From: Podarcis vaucheri
Lineage: Eukaryota
Length of the DNA: 64,000 nucleotides
Assembly (NCBI GenBank): GCA_965113315.1
Contig: OZ220373.1
Direction: 5' to 3' (one strand)
Of the stretch, positions 1 to 13,492 are shown piece after piece. The first letter of the stretch is position 1. Each line of letters opens with the position of its first letter. A program made the position numbers and the translations under genes. The notes beneath the pieces were generated by a model. That model had not been told where the DNA came from, did not search any database, and was given only the letters and a program-made list of their open reading frames with translations.

Positions 1-357
1 CCAATGAGTAAGAATCATAAAAAACATATCATCAAAGATTTTTCATGAAGCTATCAGTTACGCTTAAAACATCTGGGCAACTTAAAGTGAAGTAGATTTG
101 CCAGAATACCATGTGATACGACCAAGATGGTATGAAACAAAGGATAGGACAAGATTCTTCTCAAACAAGTTCTCATATATTAGCCTGCTATACTTTCTGG
201 ACGCCTTGTAAAATGGTATAAGTACTGAAACATTGCCTTTGGTTTTATCACTGGGAGTTTTCAGGTTACGGCTTTTTGTGGAACAGAACATTTTCTGAGT
301 AGCTGCTGCTCAATCCATGCAATTTCACCTTTCTATTCAGCAGAAAGTAAGTCAATT

Positions 358-810
358 CATAGAATCACAGAATCTTAGAGTTGGAAGGGACTCAACGGTA
401 ACCTAGTCCAACCCCCTGCAATGCAGGAATCTCAACTAAAACATCCATGGCCTTCCAACATCTGCTTTAAAACCTCCAAGGAAGGAGAGTCCACCACCTT
501 TCAAGGTAGTCTGTTCCACTGCCAAACAGCTCTTACTGTCAGAAAGTTTTTTCTGAATGTTTAGTCAGAATCTCCTTTCTTGTAACTTGAAGCCACTGGT
601 TTGAGTCCTACCCTCTAGAGCAGGAGAAAACAAGTATGTTCCCTCTTCCATGTGACAGTCCCTAAGATATTTGAAGATGGCTATTGTATCTCCTCTGTCT
701 CCTCTTTTCCAGGCTAAACATACCCAGCTCCTTCAAGCATTCCTCATCGGGCTTAGTTTCCAGACACTTAATCACATTGGTTGCCCTCCTCTGCATACGT
801 TCCAGCTTGT
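358..810 (-). mobile_element. CR1 LINE 3' fragment (ORF2 C-terminus, 3'UTR and tail)
   Basis: Minus-strand translation [37 protein letters not shown] is the CR1 ORF2 C-terminal motif; the CR1 tail (catagaatcacagaatc on +) starts at 358. Confidence 0.9.
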
Positions 811-1123
811 AACTGCATTTGTGAAAACACTTGAACTTAAACACAAAACCTTTTGGATAGATCAAGCTTTAAATAGTAGACAAATGCCTTCACATCTTTC
901 TGAATTCTATTATTGTCAAGATCTTTCAATTTGTGTACCTGCAACCTCCACATACTGTTTTGTGGTTATCCTTTGCTGTATCAAGATCTACCAAAGGATT
1001 TTTGGTTTTTAATATTTGCTTCAAGCTTGTTTGGTAGCTTCACCACTCACTACTATGCCTACTTTTACTGTGACTTGTCTGATATCTTCAGATACCCAAC
1101 TCTACCTCTCTTTTAAATCGGAA

Positions 1124-1925
1124 TCAATGAAGGCAGTGAATGTCCTGTGTGAGTGTCTGGAGATCGCTGGGGGATGGATTGAGGTTGAATCCTGACAAGA
1201 CAGAAGTACTGTTTCGGGGGGACAGGGGGTGGGCGGGGATGGAGGATTCCCTGGTCCTGAATGGGTTAACTGTGCCCCTGAAGGACCAGGTATGCAGCCT
1301 AGGAGTCACACAGCTGTCCATGGAGGCACAGGTCAGTTCTGTGTCTAAGGCAGCTGTCTACAAGCTCCATCTGGTACACCAGCTGAGATGCTACCTGTCC
1401 ACTGTCCCACCAAAGTGGTACATGCTTTGGTTATCTCCTGCTTGGACTACTACAACACGCTCTATGTGAGGCTCCCTTTGAAGGTGACTCAGAAACTACA
1501 ACTAATCCAGAATGCGGCAGCTGACTAGTGACTGGGAATGGCCACCAGGACCATATAACACTGGTCCTAAAGGATCTTCACTGGCTCCCAATATGTTTCC
1601 AATCACAATTCAAAGTGTTGGTGCTGCCCTTTAAAGCTCTAAATGGCCTCAACCCAGTATACCTGAAGGAGCATCACCACCCCATCATTCAAGCTGGACA
1701 ATGAGGTCCTCCTCTGAGGGTGTTCTGCTGGTTCCCTCAATGTGAGAAGCGAAGTTATAGGGAACCCCCCTTGAGGAATGCCCTTCCTTCAGATGTTATG
1801 GGGATAAAAAACTACATAACTTTTAGAAGACATCTGAAGGCAGCTCTGTATCAGGAAGTTTTTAACGTTTGATGCTTTATTCTACAGAGTATAAACAATA
1901 AAATTATTATTTATTTATTTATTTA
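1124..1925 (+). mobile_element. L2 LINE 3' fragment (degenerate RT C-terminus and 3' end)
   Basis: Translation includes LRLNPDKTEVL...LSMEAQVSSV; downstream LDY/LQLIQNAA/LHWLP-type L2 motifs with frameshifts; ends in an (ATTT)n tail. Confidence 0.85.
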
Positions 1926-2846
1926 TTATTACCATGAAGTGAAGAACTGAAAGATTCAAAACATAGTTGGACGCATATGAAGCTGTGACTAAATCATTTT
2001 GTTAAAAGAGAACTAAAAAGCAAGAGTTTATTCTCTTAACTGATTCTCTGAATTAGGTAAAGAGTAACAAGAGTGTGCTTGCTTAATTTTATTTTTTATC
2101 ACCTCAGAATAACTGCACACTCTCATGTACACTCGCTCATGCTGTAGTTTTAAGGATTATAATAAAAAAACCACTTCCCTTATATTCAGTGAGCAAACAT
2201 TTGACTCATTATAGGTATCACAAAGTCCAACATCTCCAAAACTTCCTCCATGTTCACCTAACCATGACATGCTGGTGTAAATCATCTTGAGGGCTCAGGT
2301 GCCATGGGACTCGTTTTTTTGTGTATGCTTAACATGGTCAGGCTACCACTATGGAATTATATTAAAATATGTACCAGTTCACTTCTCAGTGCTCATGCTA
2401 TCTTGGAAAATGTATTTATCTTTTGATAGCTCTGAGACTTACAATTACATCACTGTGTTTCTCTAAGTGTTAAATGTATTTGTCACCATACTTATAGACA
2501 TTAATTCTTCTGTCCATTCATCTGCCTGTCCTTATTTTGTGGGAAATTAAAGCAAACCTCCTCTGAGACATTCAAAAATTATCTGTAAGCCCGCCGTGTA
2601 TGCCATTTTTTCACATAACTTTGTGTATCCTGTTTCTTCGCAATGTGCCAAATATGGTATCTTTCCATGAAAACACATGCAGTCCCCATCATTATTATTT
2701 TTAAAACTTAATGTAAATATTCAGGCATTGATTCATTTACTTTGAATCAAGCATGGCTGCAAGGAACATGTTTGTGCTGTGTGTAGAAGTAATATTTTGC
2801 TCCAAAAATATCTTAATAGAATCACTTCTATTCAACAGCTTCATCA

Positions 2847-2990
2847 TTAGGAACATGGGAAGCTGACGTGCCATTTCAAAGGAGTACATAGAGGCAGTGG
2901 TTCTCCAGGGTTTCAGGAAGGAGTCTTTCCCAGATTTACCTAGGACTTTTTAAATGTTAAACACATGCTCTACCACTGAGCTACACCCCT
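2847..2990 (-). mobile_element. Degenerate tRNA-head / CR1-tail squamate SINE (Squam2-like)
   Basis: taggaacatgggaagctg tail at one end and ...gctctaccactgagctacacccc (reverse of a tRNA-like head) at the other. Related pieces lie near 21390, 27110 and 33770-33935. Confidence 0.5.
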
Positions 2991-5900
2991 TCATTGTTGT
3001 TGAAGTAAACACTTGTACAATTTTTATAGATTTCCACTACATTTTGTTTTTGAGTTTGTTCAGCCATTATTTCCTTTTGATTAATGCACAGCACTTAATA
3101 GAATTCTAAGCAGGAACAGTCGTTGTACAAATAGCAGTAGATAGGATTTATAAATAAGTATCAAAAGCAAAATCTGAAAACCAGAATTCCAAACACACAA
3201 TATACACACTTTATACCATCTATTCTGAATTTCTAACTGATGCATGTAGTTATTTTACTGCAGTTGTGACACTTTCCTAGTCACAAAGGCTTTTTCATTC
3301 CAAGTTAGACAAACAGTGAAAGTTATAGCTGTAAGGTCTAAAACATGCAGGATACCTTTAAATGCATCCTGACAAGAGAACTGCAAATAAATATTGCCAA
3401 GAATTTTTATTCAAAGGCCAATGGCTACATTTTTTTAAGAAAAGCAAATTCCCTAAAAGTGAAATAAATCAAAACAATAATGGGTCTCATTCAATGCATT
3501 TTCAGATTAGGGTCACTCTCATTGCGCCTAAATTTGTAGAGCCAACTAGGAGAAACTAGGATCTCAACAAATCCATGCCCCCCTCTCTCTAGTGTCTACC
3601 CCAGTCTAGTCTGTATAGCTTCTCCACAGCTCTGTACAATCCTGTGAACTTCAGAACTCAGCCAGGATTTGTACCTCGGTTTCTCACATTCAAGTAGATT
3701 CTCTAGTCCAGTGTTCATCAAACCATTTTTTTAATGAACCACTTGAAACTGTTAGTCTCAGCAGACCACTATTCTTTTTTTCCTTCTGCAATTCAAAGCA
3801 CTACTGTATTTAACTCATAGCTCACAACCTTGCCTATCTAATGCAATGAATATACCCCTTTTTAAGCAAAGTTATGTGAAGTCATTCTCCATTATGAGAG
3901 AGAAAAATTAATCAAGTACAGATATTATTAGCAGTTGTACAACCTTTCCACAGATCACCTGGATACAGCTCACAGGTGACTAGTGACCCATGGAACACAG
4001 TTCTAGACACTTTACTAGTTTGGGCTTTCCGTGGACATCTTAGCCTCAGGGAACACTTCTCCATGAAAAATATTACTTATCTGAAAAGCAAGACTGGTAT
4101 TACATCATATGCTGGAAAGGATTCTGTGTACCTGAACTGCCACAGTTTGGCTTAGAATTAAAAACAAGAGAATAATTGGGCGGGGGATGCATTCTGTGTA
4201 TAATTTAATGCAGAAGACAAAGAAAAATTATTAACATTCAGCTTAGTGCTCCAGTGTGAACTAAATTATGTGGATTTTAAAATACAAAAATGAAGATAAA
4301 TGAATTTCTCTCTTGCCAGCCATCACACATAAAATAAATGTTTTCCCCTAATATTATTCTTGCTGTTTAGCATGTTTCAGACAAAAATAAGTTATGGTGC
4401 TAAAGACCTTCTGAAAGAGCATATTCAGTGTTTTATTTTTCACATTTTTAAAATAATACAAAAATATGACATCAGATCCTTTAATATTCATTCTCAGTTT
4501 CCATTTGTATATTAGACTGGTTAAAGCAAAGACCAGATCTGTAGCACAAAGGCCTTCTATACAATTAATGCAAAAGATAAACAAGTATTAATGTATAGTA
4601 AATTCCTACAGTTGTATCCAAAAGAACATCTATGCTGAAAAAGTGGCAAACAGGGTACTGAGATTTTAGCACTGAGAAACACATGACTCATCCTTTGAGC
4701 TGCCTAGTTTGGTAATCTAAGACTTTAGACTTACTGGGTTAATGAAACATTTTAGAATGTGTTGTGTGTTAGTTCACCAACTGCTAAATGTGGGAAGCCA
4801 GCCCTGCTGCACTTGCAGACCCTTCTGCTCTCTCTGCTGAGAGGTGCCCTGAATTTCCACCCCAAAATCCCACCCTGGCAGCATGACTTTTGCTTCCAAC
4901 AACGAAAGTACATATCACTCCCCAGTCCATGGCTCAATACAGCTGAGGACACAATGGAGGCCCCTCATCACTGGAGTAGTCTCAAGATTATTGTACTGAC
5001 ACAATGCTGTTCTCTCTGTCAAGTACGATGGAGCTAGAGAGCTCCCTTCTACTTGCTGTGACACTGCTTTAACTGCAGCAGTGTAAAGCTAAACATGAAC
5101 CTTAGAACTGTTTAGTTTACAGTGCAGACATTTTAAATGGGTTAGAATTTCAGATTGACAGCCTGGTATGAATGGCCTCATATAGGAACTATGGGTGTAT
5201 TTCTTTATCCCCATCCATGCTGTCAAAACTGACTCCATGATGTGAACCCCAACTGCCTCTAGGGGTGTACTGTCCATCACTACAGCTGCAGTGAGCTGGC
5301 AGTGATTCCCACAAGTATACTGGTTTCAAAAAGTGTTGCCACAATTGTAGATATATCTGCTTAATAACTGCAACTGAATTCATGATTGTGTCAATTCACA
5401 TGTTCTCCAGTAACCAATGTCATCATGGGCACATGATCATTAATTAGGTTCAGGCTGCATCACATAGAAGTCACTTTGAACATGTAAGCCAGCCATTAAA
5501 TAGACTGCTCAAATTTTAGAAGATATCCCTCATCATCCCTAGGGAATGGTGAAGGAATGTGAAGCAGCCACCTTCCTAAAGCTAAAGTGTGGTGGGTGGG
5601 TGGCTTGTCAATAGGAAAGATAGTGGCTTAATCCCATATCTCTTCACCCCACTAAACAAACACTCTCCTTCACAGGAAGCAATCTTAAAAAGAAAAAAAC
5701 CTTTGTTTTTCACCTAACCACAAAGCCTAGCAAGGTAATGCACCATAGAACACACCTGTGGAACAGCTCTTAAACTTTGATCCATGAGAGTGAGCACTTT
5801 GAAAGCTCAAAAGCCTTAGACAAAGAAGACAGAGTTGTCATGGTATGAAGGCACAAAACGGCCATGTGCCTTGTGAGTTGACAATGAGATAGCTAGTCAC

Positions 5901-7260
5901 ATTAAGCAGCTCAGATGGGACTTGGCCTCAAACTGGTCAGTGGCACTCTCTGCTGCTCTAACACCACTTGAAAACAAATGAGCAGATGTCTACAAAACTC
6001 AACGATAATGCCAAAACATTGGACACTTTCTAAGTAGGCAAACAGTTAGAGGGCCTTCGGCAAGGTGGTTTTTTGTCTCTTTTTTACATTTTGATGTGTT
6101 CTGCTGTTACTTCGTTTTACTGATTATGTTATCTAATCACAGCTCCAGGCCTACAATGAGGCAGAGTGAGGTAGCTGCCCTGGGCAGCAGATGCTGAGAT
6201 GCAGGGAGTGGCCAGAGCTGTGTCAGGTGGCCCCTACAACAGCCTGCTGCCCTCAACTATAGTGGAAGACAGTGTCCTTCCAGCAGTACTGGAGTAAGAT
6301 TAAACTACCAGTCCAGTTGGCTTCTGTATGTGCCCGGGGGGTGGGTGCCATCTTGTCAGACAGCAAAATGTCTTAAGGTGGCCCTGCCTAATCATAACAA
6401 GCTCATACCCTAATTACACTGGGGGTAGAGATACATAAATGGAAGAGTTACCATATCCTATACCAGCACAGCCAGGGGGCAGGGAATGTAACTAGGAAAA
6501 TTACAAAATGGTAGGGAAATGGCAGACATTCCTCAAGCACCCTTAAACACACTGCCAAAGCCTATGAGTCAGAGGTTGTACCAGTGACAACACTCACATG
6601 GCATCCACAAATGGAAGACACTTAGAGTTGTAATCAGCTACCTTTTACTCAGAGTAGACTCACTGAAACAAATGGCCATGACTAACTTTGGTCTATTAAT
6701 TTTAATGGAACTACTCTGAGTAAATATTAGTTGACTACAACCCAATGAACTCATGATAATGGGGGCACACACAACCATTCCCCACACAACATGCAATATG
6801 ATTCCATAGTGCACCCGAAGTTAGAAATCCCAAAAGGTACATACTCTTTAATATAACAATACAAGGTCCAAGTACAATATTAAACATCAGATTGATACCA
6901 ATGGTCAATCATTGGATTTGTGTACTAGAGATCCAAGGTCACATCTTAATAGTCCCTTCCTAAAACATGGGATTCTTCACACCCCCACCCCTCAGTTGAG
7001 GAAAATAATGTGTATTTCTTACTATAAGAGATGGGACTCCATTTTACAATATTCAGAGAAACTGGCTGCAGAAATTGAGATCAAATAGGATTTCCGGTAT
7101 ATTGAAATGCTTTTATAATGCCATTAAAAAGCCTGTCTATATTCAGAAGTTCAGACTTCCTGTAAGTTCCCCATATGCTCTGCACTGCACTGCACTACAA
7201 TCTACCTGCCAAGTCAAGCTTCTTCTGATCTCACATCTTCCCTAACTTTCACCGCCTCAC

Positions 7261-7435
7261 CAGTGGTGGAGAGCAGGTGGGGGCAGGGCTGGCACACCAC
7301 CAGGGGGCGTGGCATGCCGCCTGCGGGGGCATGGCACCCAGCATGGGCGGGGGGGGGCAGCCGCAATGGCACCCCACCGGGATCGTGCTGCCGGGGGTGG
7401 TGCACTCCCCCCGCACTCCTCTTCCTCCGCCAGTG
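7261..7435. mobile_element. hAT-type MITE (GC-rich)
   Basis: Imperfect TIRs CAGTGGTGGAG... / ...CTTCCTCCGCCAGTG; 8-bp TSD cgcctcac / ctcctcac with one mismatch. Confidence 0.75.
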
Positions 7436-9274
7436 CTCCTCACCCTTCCAAGGTGATATTATTATTCATATTCTGAGGCATAACTACATACAAAGAAAAT
7501 ACTTTGACACTGAATAAATCTCTCTCTCTCTCTGTTATGGATTAAGAGAATTAGTAGCTAACAATTCTATGTAAGAATTTTAATGTTATGCAGGCATACA
7601 TTTTTATGAGGGGGAAAGCAGAAAACACCTGGAATTATAACATCCTTTATACTACAAGTGTCATATTATGGTTTTTTGGTGATTACGTCAATTTAGTTTT
7701 TCACGTATTATTAATAATTCCTCATTACATAAAATTATTACTAAACTGGCAATTAAGTGGATGTGAAAGATCCATATGTTGAAGTGTTCATAACATTTCA
7801 ATTATGAACTTCATATCAGATGTGTTCCAACATACATTAGTGACAGTAATGAACAAGTTCTTTGCCAAAGGTACCCAAATGAACTCATTCAGCTTTGTAG
7901 TGTATCTTATTATTATCGGTCTTGAATTGGTTGATCATCTCCCTTCTGTAGATTTAGAGATATCGGATTTTGTGAAAGAGCTTTATGAGTTATGTACTAC
8001 TATGGAAAAGTAAACACCCAAAGTTTTTTGCGTATTTGCATGTACGGAAATGAATTTTGTGAATGTTCCAAATTGCTAAATACTCTTGTCATGTAAAAAC
8101 CTCAAAAAGAGGGTTGAATAAAGACAAATGAGTTGCCTGGAATAGGTTGAACTATTTATACAGCCATTCTGACATGCAAATCCACTGAAAATATGAACTT
8201 GTGTTGACTGCACCCAGGCAAACAGTCTTTGGAACTGATCCCAAAACACGGCCATTTCTCACGTTTCCTGCCCTTTGAAAGCTTGTTTCTCCATTCTTTA
8301 TACATTTCCTAACCGTTAAAGTTTCCTGGTGTAAGGAAATCTACATGTTCTTTCCTTTAGTTTAACATCTTTATTCCTGCTCTGTCTTTGCTGACCACTT
8401 AGATTAACTGTCCCATTCTCTCGTGGATGTTCTATAAATCAAACACTTTATTGTACATTTCAAAGGCAAACAGAGGAGATGAGGGAAGAAAAAAGTAATC
8501 TGGTGAGCAACCAACCATTTTGTAGTTTATAAAACTCCTCCCTGTCTTTGCAGAACATCCTCTTTATGAAAGGAAGCAGGGATGCTGCAGGCTAGTCGGC
8601 AGTTTTACAGATACAGGCTAATGCCTGTAAAAGATTTCTCTTGGACATTAGGGTGGTAGCTTGACCTTTCTTGACTATTCTTAATTTTCCACACAGACCC
8701 TTTGGATAGTCCTATTTTGGGACACAGATATTCAGCCCATCAACTTGGCATTGGTACTGCTATTATTTGGTGTCATTCTTTAATACATTATGTAGAATTT
8801 GTCTGTTAGAAAAATGCCTCAATCTCTGTCTGTTCATGGAAAATATTTGTAGAATCCTACTGTTCATATTTTTATAGATAGCCTCTGAGGCTGAAATACA
8901 AAATCTGGGATTTAATCCAAGATCTCCTAGGCCCACATCCAGCACCAAACTGATACTTACTGGTGCCAAAATTGGGAAGTTCAAAGAAGGACTCTGGGCA
9001 TGCATAAAAAGACCTAACTCTGACAGGCTTCTTTCTGTATGCCCTGGGTGACTGTGGACTCCACAATCTGCTCCAGAGTTCCAATAGAGTGGATAGTCAC
9101 AACAGATTTCTTCTTAAAGGAAACATACAAATTAGCCATTAGACTGTTATCTGATGTAGACAGGAGAACTTAGGCAGATTCATAAATAAGGAAGGGAAAA
9201 CTAAATGAGAAATTTAGACTGAGAAAAGACTGAGGGAGGTAATTTTAAATAACTATGGGAATACATTACAATAG

Positions 9275-9402
9275 AGCTGGAGAAGGTTCAGCAAAGGACA
9301 GCAAAAAAGATTAAGAGGTTAGAGCAACTCCCCTATGAAGAAAGGTTACAACGTTTGGGGCTTTTTAGTTTAGAAAAATGCTAAGGGAGTATGACTGAGG
9401 TG
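9275..9402 (+). mobile_element. Old CR1 LINE fragment (ORF2 C-terminus)
   Basis: ctggagaaggttcagcaaaggacagcaaaaaagattaagaggttagagcaactcccctatgaagaaagg encodes an LEKVQQRTAKKIKRLEQLPYEERL motif. Confidence 0.75.
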
Positions 9403-11828
9403 CAGCATTTATAAACATGGCAGAAGAAAAACTCTAGGTTGGATCCAGACTTCACCTTCCATTAACAGAAAGGCTTTTTCCATCCATGGAAAGCTTTTGA
9501 TCAAGCAGAGGAATCCTACTGTGGGAAGAGAGGCAACTCTTGCCTATTCTTCCTTCCTCCTCCAACATCCAGCTCACATCCAGAGGATTTAGTGTGGGAA
9601 ATGAATAAAAGATGCCTTCCTCCCCTCTATTGGGAGCAGTGTTCCCCAAGCAGAACTCTACTTAGAGGGTATTCCTGCCTAAGGAAGTAAAGTCTGAATC
9701 TAAGGCATTATCATTGAGTAGAAAAATATTCTGACTCTGGAACTATTTCTTATTCTTATTTCTATTTTTATGGAATTCCTCCTTCTGCTATAAAGAGCTC
9801 CCAACATATCTGTATTATATTTCTCTAATTGTATTAATCATAATGTGGACTGTTTGATTATCTCCCACAAGGTGATAAAATGTGCCTTTTGGCAGTTGTG
9901 AAGACAGATTTTGTTGCACAATACAACATTAATACAAATAGTTACATTACCATATGAATGGAATGGAGGGTGTAGGTAAGAAATGAATTTCAGGAAGAGA
10001 AAGTGAGGCAAACTCCCACAGCTTGAATTCAAAGAGACACCTCCACTTTCTGTTCCTTAGTTATGTTTCTGCTATGTTCATTTGAAATATTTATAATTTA
10101 TGTATTATTTACATTTCAGTTCTTCACTGCATAATAATGCACTTTTAGCAAAAGTGCTGTTTGTTTGCATTAACTCTTGGAACCATCACAATATGACATA
10201 TTTATGTTTTTGTTCGTTGCCTAAGGAAATTACTGGAGAAAAATACAAAAGCAAACTTTGCCTGTATTTGCCAGAATAAGCATATTTGTTTGAGAAATAA
10301 GGTTGGCAGAATGAATGGCCATGCATGTCTGATGCTGAAGTAAAGCACATTTGTGCCTAATTCATTGGAGAAATTGTTCAAGAACAGTTCATCTGTGTGG
10401 AAAATACAAGCCTTGTAATGCTGCCAAGATCAGTGAGACCTTTGGTGATCAGCTAAGTAAATATTAGTCATGCAAGTTAGAACTGCCCTAGAGTGACTTT
10501 AACTCACACAATGAACCTCTCTAACATTGCAGGCTATTCTGGAGGGAATACGGTACATTAAATATCCTTGTTTGGTCTAATTCCTTTACTCCTCCACTAT
10601 TTTGTCTTCTCCCATTGACCTATGCCACTTAGTTTGGATTTAGTGCATGCTGCATTTAGTGTGTGCTTTCCTAAGGCGCATGCTATATTTTCGGATAGAG
10701 GACACTGGATATATATTTTTTCATAGTCCCACTTATTCAAGTAACATTTGAAATGCCAGTGTGACCTGTTCAACATTCTAACAAAAGATTACTAAATTTT
10801 ACATGGAAAAATAACTGTAATAGGCACTTTATTTTAAATTACTTGGGCACAAAATGAGAACAGCATATCTATGAAAAGCTCTCCAGCTGTAACATTCCAA
10901 AGTTGCTGCCACATGAACGGCCACAATCGCATAGAGAATCTCCACACAGCTGTCACCAGGAATGTGTAGTGGTGGCCTGAAAACTCTTAGAGTGACAGAG
11001 GTAATCTGTGTGCTATGACTTGCCATATGTTACAACTGAAGTGTGAGTGATGAACTTGCCACAGGGATGCTGCTTCTGGTGGCATCCTCCTGGGCAGATT
11101 AATGCTAAACTATGCATTCAGGGAATGCTCTTTGAGGTTGATGAAAAAACTGTCAATGTTGTTATTAATATTTAAATGGCAGTGAAGTTGAACTTGCACA
11201 CCAACCAAAATCAACTGTTCATTAAAAATCTGGATGAAACTGATTCTGGGTTGTCCTATGATGAGATGGTCTGAACCTGAAGTTTGGGCTGCCCTGCAAT
11301 GAGATGGTCTGGACCTGATTTCAACTCTTTATAGTGCCTTTTGTTTCTTTATGAATTTTGAACGAATTATTAACACTTTCACATTACTATCTTTGGCTGT
11401 TGTGTTCTTGACCCTTCATCCAAGAGCCTGCAAATGGTTTCAGTAATACAGGAGAAGTTAAATGACTTGGCCTCCCTGCCACAACCCCCCCCCCCAAATG
11501 CTAACTGTAAGCTTATCTCTACAATTATAAAAGCAGGTGATTTGGAGGTGAGGCATGTAAGGCAATGCAGTTATATAGGGCATTACATATGCACCTACTG
11601 TTCCAGGGGAAAATACGCTATTATTTTCATACAAATTTTAAACATGCAGTTTTAAATATCCTCATTTATCAAATCAACTTCCCCAGTAATATTCCAGTTC
11701 AGCTATGAGTACACATAGCAACTCAATTTCATATCTAAATTAAATTTCATAGTGAATTGCCTGGCAGGCCGAGAATAAATTAAATAAAAATATGTTGTCA
11801 CATTCTTTTGCCCATCTATGATTATAAT

Positions 11829-12113
11829 TCCTTCCCAACCTAGTGCCCCCCAGATGTTGTTCGATTACAACAGGAATGTCCAAAGTCCGCTTTGGGGGCC
11901 TAATCCGGCCTACCGGTTGATTTAATCAGACCCAACAACTCCAATCCTAAAAAAAGGTTAACAACTTTGGTTAGCCCTTCTGGCCCTCTTTGAAAAAAGT
12001 TTGGACACCACTGGATTACAACTTCCATCAGCCCCAGTTACCATAGCCAATAAACTGGGATGGTGGGAGTTGTAGTCCAATATTATCTAGAGGTCACCAG
12101 CTTGGGGAAGGCA
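11829..12113. mobile_element. Palindromic squamate MITE ('gactacaactcccatca' family) with a nested hAT MITE at 11871-12013
   Basis: Outer ends ccttcccaacct / agcttggggaagg. The inner element CAGGAATGTCCAA...TTGGACACCACTG is flanked by a perfect 8-bp TSD GATTACAA (11863-11870, 12014-12021). Confidence 0.8.
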
Positions 12114-12208
12114 GGATACATACTTGTTAGTCATTATATTTAGTTGTTATATGTCTCTGTGTTCTTTACATTGTATGTGCCATATCAGAGGCTTTCAAGG
12201 TGGCTCAT

Positions 12209-12518
12209 AGTTAAGCATTTCGACTTTCCCACAAATACTGTGCACTGTTCATGTCATTATGTAAAAAGTATTAAGCTAGGATAAACAGGTGGTGTTGCTA
12301 TTCCTCCAGGGGCCTCCAGCTCCTGAGTCTGGCACTGCTCCAGCAGCTTCTGGTAGCCGAGGGCGCCACTCGCCGCCGCCATCACCACCACTGGCATCTT
12401 CACACCCGCTCCAACCCAGGCCAGCAGGCAGTGGGATGTTTCCTCCAAGGTGGGCAGACAGGCACTCTCACCAGTCTCCCTCAGCTTCCGCTTCCAGCCC
12501 AGAGAAGCATCTTGACTT
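12209..12518 (-). pseudogene. COPS8: COPS8 (COP9 signalosome subunit 8) processed pseudogene fragment: 5'UTR plus N-terminal CDS
   Basis: ATG at 12397. [39 protein letters not shown], then (frameshifted) [13 protein letters not shown], matches COPS8 MPVAVMAE...[43 protein letters not shown]. The match is contiguous with no introns and carries indels. Confidence 0.9.
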
Positions 12519-13310
12519 TTAACACAACTACCATATAGCAGGAAAGCTGTCAGACCATCCTGGGCTCTTCTCTACAAATAATGAGTTTACTACAAACCAA
12601 ATTGGACAGTAGTCTGATTTACATGGTCATCATGTGTTACGGTATTTCAAGTAAGCTTTGTCTGCTACCCAATCTAAAAATCAGCAAGCTGCTGTTTCAA
12701 CTCTTTCTACTAGAGCATTCATCCACTTCAAAGTTAAAGCTAGTTCTTTAAATTAAAGTCTCTCCTTTCCAGATTTATTTCTCATTGACTCTATAATTAT
12801 ATAATTAAAGCTAATATAAGTAATTTAAACATTTAATTTATTTAATGGCATTGAGGAAAGTGTTTAAGGTCAAAGGAGACCTAAGGTCTTGGAGTCTAGC
12901 TGAAGTCATGATTCATGAGTGAATTTTCAAGCAGTGATTCTAGTTAGTTAGGTGTCATTGCAAGGCTAATGATCAAAGGTCTTAAAGAGACAGCAGCAGT
13001 CACTTTGCTCTGCTATTCAGAATTGTGTGAGAGTTAATATATGTTTAAGAGCAGCAGAACTTGAAGTATTTCTACCATACAATAGGGCACATAGGAGGAC
13101 ATTTAAGCCTCACCCCTTCTCACTTACCCACATTCATTTAAACAGCTCTAGGTATTATATTAAAAAGCATTTTGTAAAAAAGAAAAAAATACTGAATTGA
13201 GCTTTGGCAGGATATTTGCATAAATACTGGGGCTACAATCTTTCGCTAATTACGCTGCGATCCAAAACATACTTAACTAAGAGTAAATCCCAGGGACTAA
13301 CTTCTGAGAA

Positions 13311-13405
13311 TCATAGAACCATAGAATTTTAGAGTTGAAAGGGACCTTGAGGGTCATCTAGTCCAACCCCCTGCAGTGTTGAAATATTTTGCCCAACAAG
13401 TGGCT

Positions 13406-13446
<41 letters not shown>

Positions 13447-13492
13447 CTGTGAAATTAAGAATCTTATGCTCTACCGGCTGAGGTATCCCAGC
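13311..13492 (-). mobile_element. CR1-tailed SINE/CR1 3' end interrupted by an (AC)n microsatellite
   Basis: catagaaccatagaattttagagttgaaagggacc...gtccaaccccctgca (CR1 tail); (AC)n at 13409-13445; ...gctctaccggctgagg tRNA-like head remnant. Confidence 0.65.

Noticed and set aside
11260-11318. 20-bp direct repeat atgagatggtctg(a/g)acctga with 18-nt spacer (CRISPR-like look)
   Set aside because: Only two units in a vertebrate genome; a simple local duplication.
12209-12518. Functional COPS8 first exon
   Set aside because: Homology continues without introns and contains frameshifting deletions; there is no CpG-island context or donor site.
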